Source: Octopus sinensis (taxonomy: Eukaryota). From it: a DNA stretch of 64,000 nt. The notes beneath the pieces were generated by a model. The model was given only the letters and a program-made list of their open reading frames with translations. It made no database searches and was not told the origin of the DNA. The translations under genes and the position numbers were made by a program. The stretch is from the NCBI RefSeq assembly GCF_006345805.1, contig NC_043007.1:6076001-6140000 (forward strand). Direction: 5' to 3'. This document shows positions 50,413 through 62,535 of the stretch, one piece after another (the first letter of the stretch is position 1; each line of letters begins with the position of its first letter).

Positions 50413-50784
50413 GGTACCTATATATAAAAGTGTTCAATACATCCTTCGCTTAAAAGTATTTTGTGTGTCATAGGCTTGTTCGGACGTAATGTAATTAGAA
50501 TTGGCGAAAATCTGAACCGCTATTTTGTTCACCTAATATTTTTCGTGTATAGCGCGCATTTTGGGAGTTAGGAGAAACTAATACTAACTGTTTAAAAACT
50601 TTCACTACAGTTTTAAGTAACAAAATTGTCTTTTATTTCAATTGATATTTAATATATACTGTGTACCAAGAGGATTTCTTTTAGAGTGATAAAATATACC
50701 AAAATAAATTTAGGAAAATAAAAAACAACAAAAGTATAAAATATGAAAAGAATTAAAATTATATAAATTATAAATTAACAAGAC

Positions 50785-50943
50785 CCAGTAATGGCTGTGT
50801 GGTAAGTAGCTTACTTACGAACCACATGGTTCCGGGTTCAGTCCCACTGCGTGGCACCTTGGGCAAGTGTCTTCTACTATAGCCTCAGGCCGACCAAAGC
50901 CTTGTGAGTGGATTGGGTAGACGGAAACTGAAAGAAGCCCGTC

Positions 50944-50978
<35 letters not shown>

Positions 50979-51219
50979 TGTGTGTGTGTGTGTGTGCAAA
51001 TGTTTGTGTGTCTGTGTTTGTCCCTCCAACATCACTTGACAACCGATGCTGTTGTGTTTACGTCCCCGTAACTTAGCGGTTTGGTAAAAGACCGATAGCC
51101 TGGTACTTTGTAAGTACCAGGCTTACAAAGAATAAGTCCTGGGGTCGATTTTCTCGACTAAAGGTGGTGCTCCAGCATGGTAGCAGTCAAAATAACTGAA
51201 ACAAGTAAAAGAATAAAGA
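50785..51219 (+). mobile_element. tRNA-derived SINE with internal (TA)n(TG)n
   Basis: tggctgtgtggtaag...ccgggttcagtccc head, then caccttgggcaagtg (CORE-like start), and tail aaacaagtaaaagaataaaga. Related copies at 53080-53345, 56352-56897, 5060-5210 and 10130-10290. Confidence 0.85.
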
Positions 51220-51539
51220 CCGCTTATTCAGTCCATTCTTTAGCATAGGCATGTCTCGCCTCTTACGTAGATAAACAGCCTAATTTCTATTAATTGACTT
51301 CGGTATTTTGCATCTGTTGTGTCTCTTTGAACCTATGTGCTGCTCTTAGTCAAGGGAATACTAAAATCAGAACACGGGTATGAAACAACAGGAAACTATT
51401 GGTGATCCAGCAGTGTTCATTAAACCACTCATCTGATGACGTGCAGGCTCACATGTTACCGGATCAAATTTAAATAATATCTATATAGTAATATGTGAAA
51501 CACTCAGTAATTAGCAGTTGATGCTAATGCACGGAAACA

Positions 51540-52740
51540 ATTGTTGTGATTTGGATTGAAGTCTGTTGATTCCATCTTTTTGTAGTAGAATTGTTTTGTA
51601 TCAGTTCTGCACACGCTAACGGATTCATGTGGAACATGAATATCCAGTAAAAGGGGAATCCCTACTGTATGACAGCATATGATAACTGGAAACTGTAGAG
51701 AATCTTTAGAAGAAAGCACCTTATAAGATTATACCCTGATGATATTCAATATATATATATACATATATTTGTATGTATATATTCACACACACACACACAC
51801 ACGCATATATATATGCAAATGCATACCCACACTCGCGCGCGCTCACCTATATATATATATATAGACACACAACTTTTATGCAAAAACCTCTGTCGCAACG
51901 TATATTTTAAACAGTCGCAAGCTCCGTCATCAGATGAAACGGACCGATGTGCAGATGTGGTAAATGTGATTGCAAATCCTATTTAATTTCTTTAAAATCA
52001 ACAATTTAAAAACATTTCACGAAATATTGCAACAATACGACAAAAGCTTTCCTCGTGGGGGCATTTGGCCACGTAAGACTGGGGTCAATCAGCTGCTTTC
52101 ACTCTTTACTTTATAAAATTTTTGAATTGTGCTTCACAATGTAACTTATCATGTTTCTTAATGTTGAACAAATGGTAAATTTTATAGTCGATTAGGAAAT
52201 ATTTGGTACAAACCAATATGGTGGGCTATGCAATATAATATCTATACTGCAAGTACTTCAGGTTGATGTGGTACACTTATACGTGGCTTCAATAAGAATA
52301 ATCTTCTTATCTTCTTGTTGATGCTTATGGGTTCATGCCTGATGACGTTCATCGGATTGTAAAATGGCGTGTGGTTGTATGATGGACTGCTTCCCGGCTT
52401 CTTCAAGGTTTCTATAATTTCGAATTTAGTTTAAGCGTGACGTGAAGGATATTTATGTTAAGAGATTTGCCTCGGCTCTCACTGTCAAGACAAATTTGTT
52501 GAAAGTTGTAATCATTCCTTTCTTGAAATAGTCAGCTGTACAGAAAACATTCCTACGTATACAGACTCATACACGTGTATATTTACAATTAGCCATCAAA
52601 TACGATGACGGTCATCTCTTTTCGTTGTAGATCCTTTAATGACTTCATACTCGCTCCACTGTAAATGCTTTGATAACTATAGATTTCAACCCAGCTATAG
52701 ATCTTTTGATCCGCTAGATGTATCTCTTAAGGAGAATTAC
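51540..52740 (-). mobile_element. Fragmented Naiad-type PLE (RT piece 52740-52290; endonuclease C-terminus 51730-51540)
   Basis: NILHVTLKLNSKL*KP resembles 'NFLDVTLNL..YKP'; ESVSVCR..KQF resembles 'E.VS.CRH.KKF'. Order on the minus strand is consistent with one element. Confidence 0.5.
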
Positions 52741-53049
52741 GACTGCTACTGTTCATGCTTCACTTATCATGTACCCTTTTGGTTGAGGAAAGGAAACAAA
52801 GGCTTATGATATCACGCAGACAGGCACGATATCTCGGTTGCCGAGATGTGAACGAGTCCTCCCGAGGTCCAATATCCATAATCTACATTGCAAGAGAGGC
52901 AAGTTGCCTGTCTATCTTTATTGAAATGAGTGAGGCGATGATAGCCTTTTGTTATATTTCTGCTGCTTTTAAATAAAGCATATTACTCTACCTCTGGTAT
53001 TTGAGTACTCTTTTATCCACCTTATTTCACATTTATGTGCTTACTCCGG

Positions 53050-53087
<38 letters not shown>

Positions 53088-53690
53088 TACATGTATATGT
53101 GTGCGTGTGCGTTCGTGAGTGTGTGTTTGTGTGTGTCTATATGACTTTGTATCCCCCACCACCGCTTGGCGACAAGCGTTAGTATGTTTACGTCCTGGTA
53201 ACTTAGCTGTCCAGCAAAAGATATCGACAGAATAAGTACCTGGCTTTAAAACATGTAAGTAGTTAAGTCGATTTCCTCGACAAAAGATCTTCAATAGGGT
53301 ACCCCAGCATGGCCGTAGTGCAATTGCTGGAACAAGTACAACATATTTGATGAATGCTGAAACATAAACTAAAGGAATGAAATCGAAATCAAATGCCGAC
53401 GACATTAAATTAAATTGAAGAAGTTTAGTTCTTGTTATTTGTCGTTACATAAAAAGGGAATCGTCGCAGAACGAGGCGACATTAATTGCATCAATGAGAT
53501 CTTACAAAAAAAAAGCACGTGGAACATGGAAATATATTGGTGCAAATCGGAAAGATACATAAAACAAATCGTAACAGGGATCACTTGCAGACATCTTCTC
53601 TTTCCCTCTCTTTCTTTCCCGCACACACGCACACGCACACACGTACATTAAATCAATCACTCGCACCAATGACAGCAGGTTTATATATAC

Positions 53691-53726
<36 letters not shown>

Positions 53727-53852
53727 AAGCATTCCTTCTCTCTCTCTCTGTCTCCCTATATATCTATATATCTATATCTATCTATCTATCTAATCTATCT
53801 ATCTATATCTATCTATCTATCTAATCTATCTATCTATATCTATCTATCTATC

Positions 53853-53900
<48 letters not shown>

Positions 53901-53913
53901 ATCTATCTATCTA

Positions 53914-53980
<67 letters not shown>

Positions 53981-53993
53981 AAATGCTTATACA

Positions 53994-54300
53994 TTTCCGT
54001 AGGCTTTTCTTTCCACGGGTAAACCTCATCTGTCCTCCCCTTTACACTTCATATTGACATTTCTGTGATAACGATCCCTATTGATCAATTTTTTTTCCTC
54101 TCCCCCTTTTTTTTTTTTAACCCCCCTTTTTTTTTGTCCTCTTTCTCTCCTTTTACGATCCCTTTTGATCGAAACTCCCCCTTCCTTTTTTTTTTTTTTA
54201 ATTTTTTTATTTATTTATTTTTTTTAAACCTTCAAAAGAAAAGCTCTACCTTGTAATTTGTTCTATCTGTGTGCAGCCCTGTGTGGCTAATAAAGAAACA
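53994..54300 (+). mobile_element. Severely 5'-truncated Tx1-type LINE (3' UTR only)
   Basis: Aligns with 55556-55845 and ends in the same AATAAAGAAACA|TATCT junction. Confidence 0.9.
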
Positions 54301-54363
<63 letters not shown>

Positions 54364-54387
54364 GCATCTATCTATCTGTCTATCTAT

Positions 54388-55845
54388 CTAAAAGGTCGGG
54401 CGGAGGTGGCGAACACGTACATCGCGTCCGTCATCTACTACCGCCTGACCGTCGTACCTTGTCCCGACCCTACCATCACCAAACTACAACGCATCCTCTT
54501 TCGCTTCTTGTGGAAAGGATGCGTCCCGATGGTCAGGCGATCCATTTGCTGTCAACACCCGTTAAAAGGAGGGCTGGGCATGCCGTGGTTGATGATGCGC
54601 AGACACGCGCTGAGACTGCGACATCTCTGGCTCTATGTAGACGACGGTGAACAGGTGTGGTCGCCGTTTGTGAGGCACGCTTTCCCGCAGCTCGTCTCCA
54701 TGACCGAACTGCAGTCGTGGATCAAAAAGAGGCCGAGGAAGGGCGAATGGCACCGCGAGTGTCGCGTTGCTCTCAAGCAACTCTGCCGTCCTGGGTCGAC
54801 CTTAAGTGACTTCAACACAACCAAAGCATTCTATAGGGGTTTAGTGGAGGGGAGGTACGACGACGAGCTCGGAGCGAACCTGGACGTCGACGAGGAGTAC
54901 CTGACCCGCCTGTTCGGGACGACTTTCGGGCCAGGGCCCATGGACAACTTCCAGAGATCCCTGGCCTGGCAGTGCTACCGAGAAGCGCTACCCGTTCGGG
55001 ATAAGCTCTACAGACACGGCTCGAGAAACACGGGGCCGACCTGCCCGAGATGCGGTCAGAGCGACGAAACCGTTCTGCACGCACTCGTTCAGTGTCCAAC
55101 AATTTCCGACCTGTGGGCTTATGTCGAACAACTGCTGTCACGTGTGGGACGAGTCGGTTTATCAGCTGAGTCTATCGTCAATATTGTCACGCCTCCTTCC
55201 TTCAAACGGGAAGGAAGAGCTATTTTCATCATCCTTGTGGCTATGGCGAAAGAATGTATCTGGTGGACGCGTCTGAAAGGATTGGAGACAAACACTTTCC
55301 TCTCTGGTCAATCTCTCATCAACTTCTTCAAGTACCACTTGAAAAGGAAAGTGAGAGTAGAGAGGCAAGTTTTGTCTAGCGAATGTTTTAAAAAAAGATG
55401 GTGAATGTAGCAAGAATGGCACGTATGAATGACGAAGCCACCTTGAGCATAGTCCTATGAACCAGAAATCGAAAACAGAGAGTTGCTTATTTGCAAAAAA
55501 AAAAAAAAAAAAAGAAATATAAATGTGACTTCATTGACCGAGGTTACCGTGGTCTTTTCCGCAGGCTTTTCTTCCACGGGTAAACCTCACCTGTCCTCCC
55601 CTTTACACTTCATATTGACATTTCTGTGATAACGATCCCTATTGATCATTTTTTTTTCCTCTCCCCCCCCCCTTTTTTTTTTTTTAACCCCCCTTATTTT
55701 TGTCCTCTTTCTCTCCTTTTACGATCCCTTTTGATCGAACCTCCCCTTCCTTTTTTTTTTTTTTTTTTTAATACCTTCAAAAGAAAAGCTCTACCTTGTA
55801 ATTTGTTCTATCTGTGTGCAGCCCTGTGTGGCTAATAAAGAAACA
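54388..55845 (+). mobile_element. 5'-truncated L1/Tx1-clade LINE (ORF2 C-terminus + 3' UTR) inserted in (TATC)n
   Basis: 338 open codons: LKGRAEVANTY..S.IYY, FLWKG, GGLGMP, and zf-RVT CPRCGQSDETVLHALVQC. A probable 1-nt deletion at ~55401 removes the VNVARM..L* end. Confidence 0.92.
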
Positions 55846-55878
55846 TATCTGTCTATCTATCATCTATCTATCTATCTG

Positions 55879-55945
<67 letters not shown>

Positions 55946-56042
55946 GTCTATCTATCTATCTTCTATCTATCTATCTATCTATCTTATCTATCTATCTCTC
56001 TCTATATATCTATCTATCTATCTATCTATCTGTCTGTCTATC

Positions 56043-56082
<40 letters not shown>

Positions 56083-56153
56083 GTCTATCTATCTATCTAT
56101 CTATATCTATCTGTCTGTCTATCTATCTATCATCTATCTATATCTATCTATCT

Positions 56154-56184
<31 letters not shown>

Positions 56185-56197
56185 CTCTCTCTCTATC

Positions 56198-56230
<33 letters not shown>

Positions 56231-56351
56231 ATATATAAAGTTAATCCACACCTGAAAACACAAAGAAAAACACAACAACGCGAGGACGTGGAACAAGTAT
56301 AGTGTTATTGGACGCTCAGGAAAGAAGGAAAGGAGGAGGGTTTAAAAGCTT

Positions 56352-56505
56352 TGATGTGTGGTAAGAAGCTTGCCTCTCAACCACATGGTTCTGGGTTCAG
56401 TCCCACTGCGTGACACCTTGGGCAAGTGTCTTCTACTATAGCCTTGGGCCGACCAAAGCCTTGTGAGTGGATTAGGTAGAGGGAAACTGGAAGAAGCCCA
56501 TCGTG

Positions 56506-56536
<31 letters not shown>

Positions 56537-56897
56537 AAGGTTGAAGAAAAAGTTCATGCATCGTGTTAAAATAATGCTTTATAAACACATACACACACAC
56601 ACATTTGTGGCGTGTGTGTTCTTTCTGTTCATGTTCAATGATGACTCACGGTGCAGAACTTTTTCCTCAGCCCAGTATTCGTGTATGTGTATTTGTGATT
56701 GTCCCCACACCGTCGCTTGACAACCGCTGCTGGTGTGTTTATGTCCTCGTAAATTAGCAGTTTGGTAAAAGAGAATGAATTGTATAAGTTCTAGGCTTAC
56801 AAATATTAAGTCCACGGGGCAATTTGTTCGATTAACTCCGCTTAAGCCGGTGCCCTGAGCACGGCTGCTGTCAAATGACTGAGACAAGTAAAAAAGT
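56352..56897 (+). mobile_element. tRNA-derived SINE (50785 family)
   Basis: Colinear with 50785-51219. Confidence 0.82.
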
Positions 56898-57089
56898 ACA
56901 CACACACACACACACATGAGTATGTAAGTATGTATGCGTGTGTTTGTATGTGCTTCCACGTGTGTGTTTCTGTTTGTATATACACATGTATTTCTATTTC
57001 TAAACGTATACATGCATATACATTTATTTACCTATATCTATCAATCCATTTATCTATTGCTCTGTCTTAGCCTGTCAGACTCTCCTCTC

Positions 57090-57269
57090 TCTCATTCTCT
57101 CTCTCTCTCTCTCTTCTCTTCTCTCTCTCTCTCTTCTCTCTCTTCTCTCTCTCTCTCTATATATATTATAATATATATATATATATTATATATAAATATA
57201 CATATATATTTATATTTATATATACATATATATATATATATACATATATGTATATATATATATATATTA

Positions 57270-57302
<33 letters not shown>

Positions 57303-57380
57303 TGTATATATATATATATTATATATATACACATACACATACACACACACATATATATAATGTATGTATATATACATATG

Positions 57381-57431
<51 letters not shown>

Positions 57432-57480
57432 CACACACACATAAATATATATATACACGTATGTATGTATTACGTAATAT
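57090..57480. repeat. (CT)n + (TA)n/(CA)n compound microsatellite
   Basis: Directly visible. Confidence 0.95.
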
Positions 57481-58439
57481 ATTAAAGTAAATCTCTCCAT
57501 TCGCATGGATAGGTATGAATCTCAGAGTCTCACACACATACTTATCACATATGTGTATTCTTGTACGTAATCACGCATGCCTCATGTAAGTATGGATGTA
57601 TGGATGTGTGAAAGAATGTATTGGTCATGTGTATTTGTATCTGGTTGTGTCTATTGTATGGGCGTGCGCGCGCGTGTGTGCGTGTGTGAGTGCGCGTGCG
57701 TGTCCGTGCGTGTGATTTAATTTACCTGAGCACCATCATTCTGAAACTGTGCAATCAAAGCAGAAATCGATAAGCTGCTATGTGATACTTTGAAGAGAAG
57801 TTCATCTCGAATTGATCAATAGCATCAGGCTAAGTCAAAGTGGAGTGTGAAGAAGACTGTGTGTGATTGGAAACAGAAATGGCTGGAACGGTGGTGGTGG
57901 TGGTGGGAAGTGGTAGCGTCTATGGTAAGGTTATTAGAGTTGCTAGTTGATAGCAGGACCAATACTAATACCAATACGAATACTGCCAATTAATATATAT
58001 TAGCGACACCCTTGGAAACAACTCTACGGGGTTCACTGGTGAATTGAACTACAAGAAAATAACTTTGGTAGATTAATACGATTCCTTCCAAAAATAGATT
58101 TTCTTTTCGTTTATGAATTTGTGTTGTAAGATTCCTGATGTGAAGTCGTGTGTTGAAACAGATATTGTATTTCGGGACGGTCATTTTTGTTTTGCCAAAT
58201 AAACACACGCACTGTATATTCGTTCTTCACTCGATTATTTCTGTTCTTATTCTAACTCATGTCCATTGTCCGTAAACCTCCTTTCCCACATCTGTGACCT
58301 CCCCAGTGACACTTTTCGTCTTCATGTTTCCTCTTGCTCCACTTATTCTTGCTTACGAAAGGGTCGTCGCCAACTAACGTTTGATTCAATGATTTTTTTT
58401 TTCATTAATATCGAGTTTTTAAATTCTTTCTACTTGAGG

Positions 58440-58815
58440 CACAAGGCCAGAAATTTTGAAAGAAGAGGTAAATTAATTACACGAACCTCAGTACTTGAGA
58501 GCTACATGAAAGGCAAAGCCGGCCTCAGCGGAGTTCGATCTCAAAACGTATAGCAAGGCGAAAAACGGCCAGGCAGTTTTCCTCGGCGTGCGAACGATTC
58601 TGCCAGCTTGCCGCCTTCGTGATTTCAAATTTTGGCACAAAGCCGGCAATTTTAGGGGAAAAGGTATTCGATTACATCGGTCCCTGTGCATAACAGCTAC
58701 TTTATTTTGTCGACCCAGAAAGGATAAACAGCAAAGTTGATCTCTGCCGTATTTGAACCGAGAACACAATGAGCCGGTATAAAGAACGCTAAACTATTTG
58801 TCCGGCGTGGTAACG
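58440..58815 (-). mobile_element. Two tandem decayed SINEs of the 31976 family
   Basis: Reverse complements begin ggcggcaagctggcagaatcg and gcggcgagctgacaaattcg. Confidence 0.7.
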
Positions 58816-59433
58816 AATTTGTCAGCTCGCCGCTAAAATATGTTCAAGAACATAATGTATGAAATAACTTTTAAAATTTTTTCCAAATAATAATTCAAGA
58901 ATATTATTTACTCTTGGTCCTTTTGGTTATTATTCTGTCTGATACCTTTTCAGTTTGAGAGCAAAATGTTATATTCTGAACTAAATTCCTTTAAATGAAT
59001 TACTTTCACAAAAATATGAATAATTTTCTAAAAAATTTTCTTGTTTCGAATTAAATGTCTGGTAGCACAAAATAAGGTAAGGTGGAAGGTATTATTGTAT
59101 TTATGCATAAATTAATGTAAAATCCATTTTAATTTGAGAACTGGCAGCATTGTAAGAATGTTGGCAAAAGGTTACCTTGATGTTATTTATTCCGGATGTT
59201 AATTTGCTGCATCGAAATCTCATCGAAAAATATTAATTTGTTTTTGTTTTTAATAAGTAAAAAGTTCTTCGAATAAAAACTTCGAGATTGTGACACGAAA
59301 ATGTAGGAGGGATATGGAGATAGAGTAGCTGTTGGAACTGCTTTGCGAATATACTGTAGATTTGATAAGTTATACTTTTATTTATCTAGTTAATCGTCAG
59401 AAGTCCAGTTATTAACAATAATAACGTGTATGA

Positions 59434-59501
<68 letters not shown>

Positions 59502-59896
59502 TAAATGTCTAATAATAAAAAAAATGTCTCTAATTGATGTATCAATACCAGCGGATGACGACGTGTCTCTAAAAGAAATGGAGAAACTCTCAAAATACAA
59601 AAACCTGGAAATAGAGGTAACCAGAATGTGGAATCTAAAAACAGAAACAATTCCTATCATAATAGGAGCATTAGGCATGATAAGAAAATATTCAGACAAA
59701 TACATTACAAAAATACCAGGACTTACGAACACATATATCATACAGAAAATTGCACTACTAGGCACTGCATACATCCTACACAGAACACTTTCCATACAGT
59801 AACCATCAGAGCATCACAACAGATCACAGCACATACCCAAGGCACACAGAGCTGCGCTCGGTAGTGAAGTGAAAGCACACTATAAAAATAAAACTA

Positions 59897-59965
<69 letters not shown>
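59434..59965 (+). mobile_element. R4/Dong-clade 3' fragment with (AAT)n at both ends and a 20-bp TSD
   Basis: LIDVSIPADDDVSLKEMEKLSKY...RTLSIQ*. TSD aacaataataacgtgt(a/g)tga at 59414-59433 and 59966-59985. Confidence 0.92.
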
Positions 59966-59970
<5 letters not shown>

Positions 59971-61622
59971 TAATAACGTGTGTGACATTTCAAAATCATA
60001 CCGAGTGGTATCATCTCTTTCTCACAAAACCTTCTTCCATAATTTCAATATAACACCGAGTCTCGGACGCCAAACGACTAAACTATACCAATCTCAATAA
60101 ATCTTGTTGTTACTATTGTTGTTGTCATTGCTGTCGCGTTTGTAGTTGTTCTTGTTGCTTCTTTTCAGCGACATGCCAGTCCCATCCAAATAAACTTATC
60201 AAAAGCGTTCCACAAATGACCACTTTCATGGTTTTAGAACTACTTGTAGTAGAACTAGCTTATCTGATAGTTCAGTTTCACTCGAACATATCAGGGTAAG
60301 GATTGTTGGAGACTTGGTTGATATTTCTAGCAGTTAGTGTGAATACGAAGCGGTTCTCTGGTTGATTTTATCAACCAGGTTAAATGTCGAAAGTCTGTAA
60401 AGTAAAAGTTGATCTACTCCTCCTCTGATTAACCAATAAAAACAACAATAACCTTCCATGATAATGTGTATGTCCATGCTTTGGATGTTGGTTCCAAACA
60501 TTTCATATCCCAATATACTTGCTCAATGGTTTAGACGTCACATTATAGCTGACCAATTAGAAACGGAATAAGGGCACCTCTTCACGATTACGAAATATGC
60601 AGACGAGAAAATTGCAAGAAAGCTGTGTGATGAAGATATCAGACGAAGCATATAGACCATCATATAACTTGTTTTATTCTCTTCTTCCATTTTACTTTGA
60701 CATGCGCATTGTGCTTTTATTCTTCTCTTCCGTTTTATGAAATCAATGTATGCATGCGCATTGCGTGTTCATACTTCTTTTCCCGGCTCCTATTCAAAAC
60801 TGTTCATACATCACAACCGTCTCACGAACGTGCGTTCGTGAGGAGCGTTTCGCGCTCCAATGATTGTGAAAAAATAACCGCCAACTCTGTCGAATTCCAT
60901 CATAAGGAAGGAAGGACACACTTCACACTGCAGACCTCGCTACTGTAAAACTTTTAAAATTATAAATAAATTAATAAAACTGCCTCCCCCCCCCTAGCAA
61001 AAAAAAAACGAAATAAAGCCTGTGTGGTCAAGACTAGGATGCTTTTGGGCATAATAGTTTTCGATCAGATCTGAACTGGGGTCATACATCAGTAGTTAAT
61101 CATTAGACGAGAATCTATTTAGCGCAGCAGAACCTTAGTAAAACTGGATTTTAGCGTTCATTACGGATTTTGAATAAAAAACACACGATATATTACATTA
61201 CACAATTTCCTTTTTACCTTTTTCAAAAATACTATGAAATAGGAAGCCCATAGATTTGAGAAAAAGAAAAAAACTTCATAGAAAGTTATCGAAAATGTAG
61301 ATCGGTCGTGTTTTTATGATATACTGCTAAGAACTGGTTTCCGGTTACAGACACACACTGGCGCACGGAAGTGTTTGTGTGTGTGTATGTGTGTGTGCAT
61401 GTGTGTCTCTGTGTGTGTGTGTGTGTATGTGTGTATGTGTGTGTATATACACATATATATATATATGTGTATGCATGTATATATATATATATGCACATAT
61501 ATATGTATGTTTAAATATTATATATATATATGTATGTATATAGACATATGTATGGTGTATGTATGTATATATATATATCTATATATATAATATTATATAT
61601 ATATATATATATATAATATATA

Positions 61623-62035
61623 CCAATTAAGGACTGAACACGAAAAAAAAAGTGGACAGTCAACATGCTAGATATAGACGTCAAATCGCCATTCTCCACA
61701 AAAGATTATGTTCTCAGATCAAACTCAGCACAAAACCAAAGCAATAAACAAGTGAAAATATACGAAATAAATATTTACCCATGTACTAATTAGTTTCGGC
61801 TGTTATTTTCCGCAAGGAAAACTGCAGCCATCATCAGCATGGCTGAAAATAACAGCCGAAACTAAATTAGTACATGGGTAAATATTTATTTCGTATATTT
61901 TCACTTGTTTATTGCTATGGTTTTGTGCTGAGTTTGATCTGAGAACATAATCTTTTGTGGAGAATGGCGATTTGACGTCTATATCTAGCATGTTGACTGT
62001 CCACTTTTCATTTTTCGTGTTCAGTCCTTAATTGG
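61623..62035. mobile_element. 413-bp fold-back (palindromic) element, ~190-bp arms, TA-flanked
   Basis: 61623-61810 is the reverse complement of 61845-62035 apart from a few mismatches or indels. 34-nt spacer. Confidence 0.95.
61779..61842 (-). ncRNA. Type I hammerhead ribozyme, all conserved nucleotides intact
   Basis: CCAUG-CUGAUGA-U-GGCUG-[CAG UUUUCC UUGC GGAAAA UAA]-CAGCC-GAAA-C UAAUUA GUA^CAUGG. Stem I 5 bp, stem II 5+6 bp, palindromic stem III ACUAAUUAGU. Confidence 0.85.
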
Positions 62036-62122
62036 TATATATAAATATTTTAATCTTCGGATTCTTTTTTTTAATATGCTAGACCACTGGTTCTAATTGA
62101 TAAATATCAATTTCTACCCTAA

Positions 62123-62175
<53 letters not shown>

Positions 62176-62246
62176 TATTATTACATATATATGTTGTGTA
62201 CATACACACACACATACATATACACATAGACCGATGCGTACATATG

Positions 62247-62480
62247 TATATAGCACAGAGGAGACTGAGGCTAGCTGGACATGCTCACCGTCCTTCAGAG
62301 TTGATACTGCACCCAGTGCTCCAGTGGGAACCCCTACACGGACACAGGGAGACCGAGGATGACCTCTGTTGATGCCCTAAGCGCAGACACTGGTCTCTGG
62401 GAGATACAGGACATAGCGGCAATGATGAGGGTCCAAGACCGCGGCAGAGAACTCGTCAATGGATCTCGGGAATTTTACCT
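62247..62480 (+). mobile_element. RTE-like LINE C-terminal fragment (different subfamily)
   Basis: IAQRRLRLAGHAHR.SE....VLQWEP.HG.R, then frameshifted T.VDAL.ADTGL...M...DR. Confidence 0.7.
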
Positions 62481-62503
62481 TGGTATATATATATATAATA
62501 TAT

Positions 62504-62535
<32 letters not shown>

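Larger units (their letters stand above)
53760..56190. repeat. Degenerate (CTAT)n array split into three blocks (53760-53980, 54301-54390, 55846-56190) by the two Tx1 copies
   Basis: Directly visible. Confidence 0.95.

Noticed and set aside
54271-54390. N-terminus of the 377-aa ORF as a real start
   Set aside because: It reads from the upstream Tx1 3' UTR through (CTAT)n into the truncated ORF2 by chance of frame.
58128-58180. Hammerhead motif (cctgatgtga...ttgaaacag)
   Set aside because: The core is not CUGANGA, and stems I and II cannot be formed.
60785-60842. Histone stem-loop or bacterial terminator
   Set aside because: It does not match the GGCTCTTTTCAGAGCC consensus, has no upstream histone ORF or U-tract, and is eukaryotic DNA.
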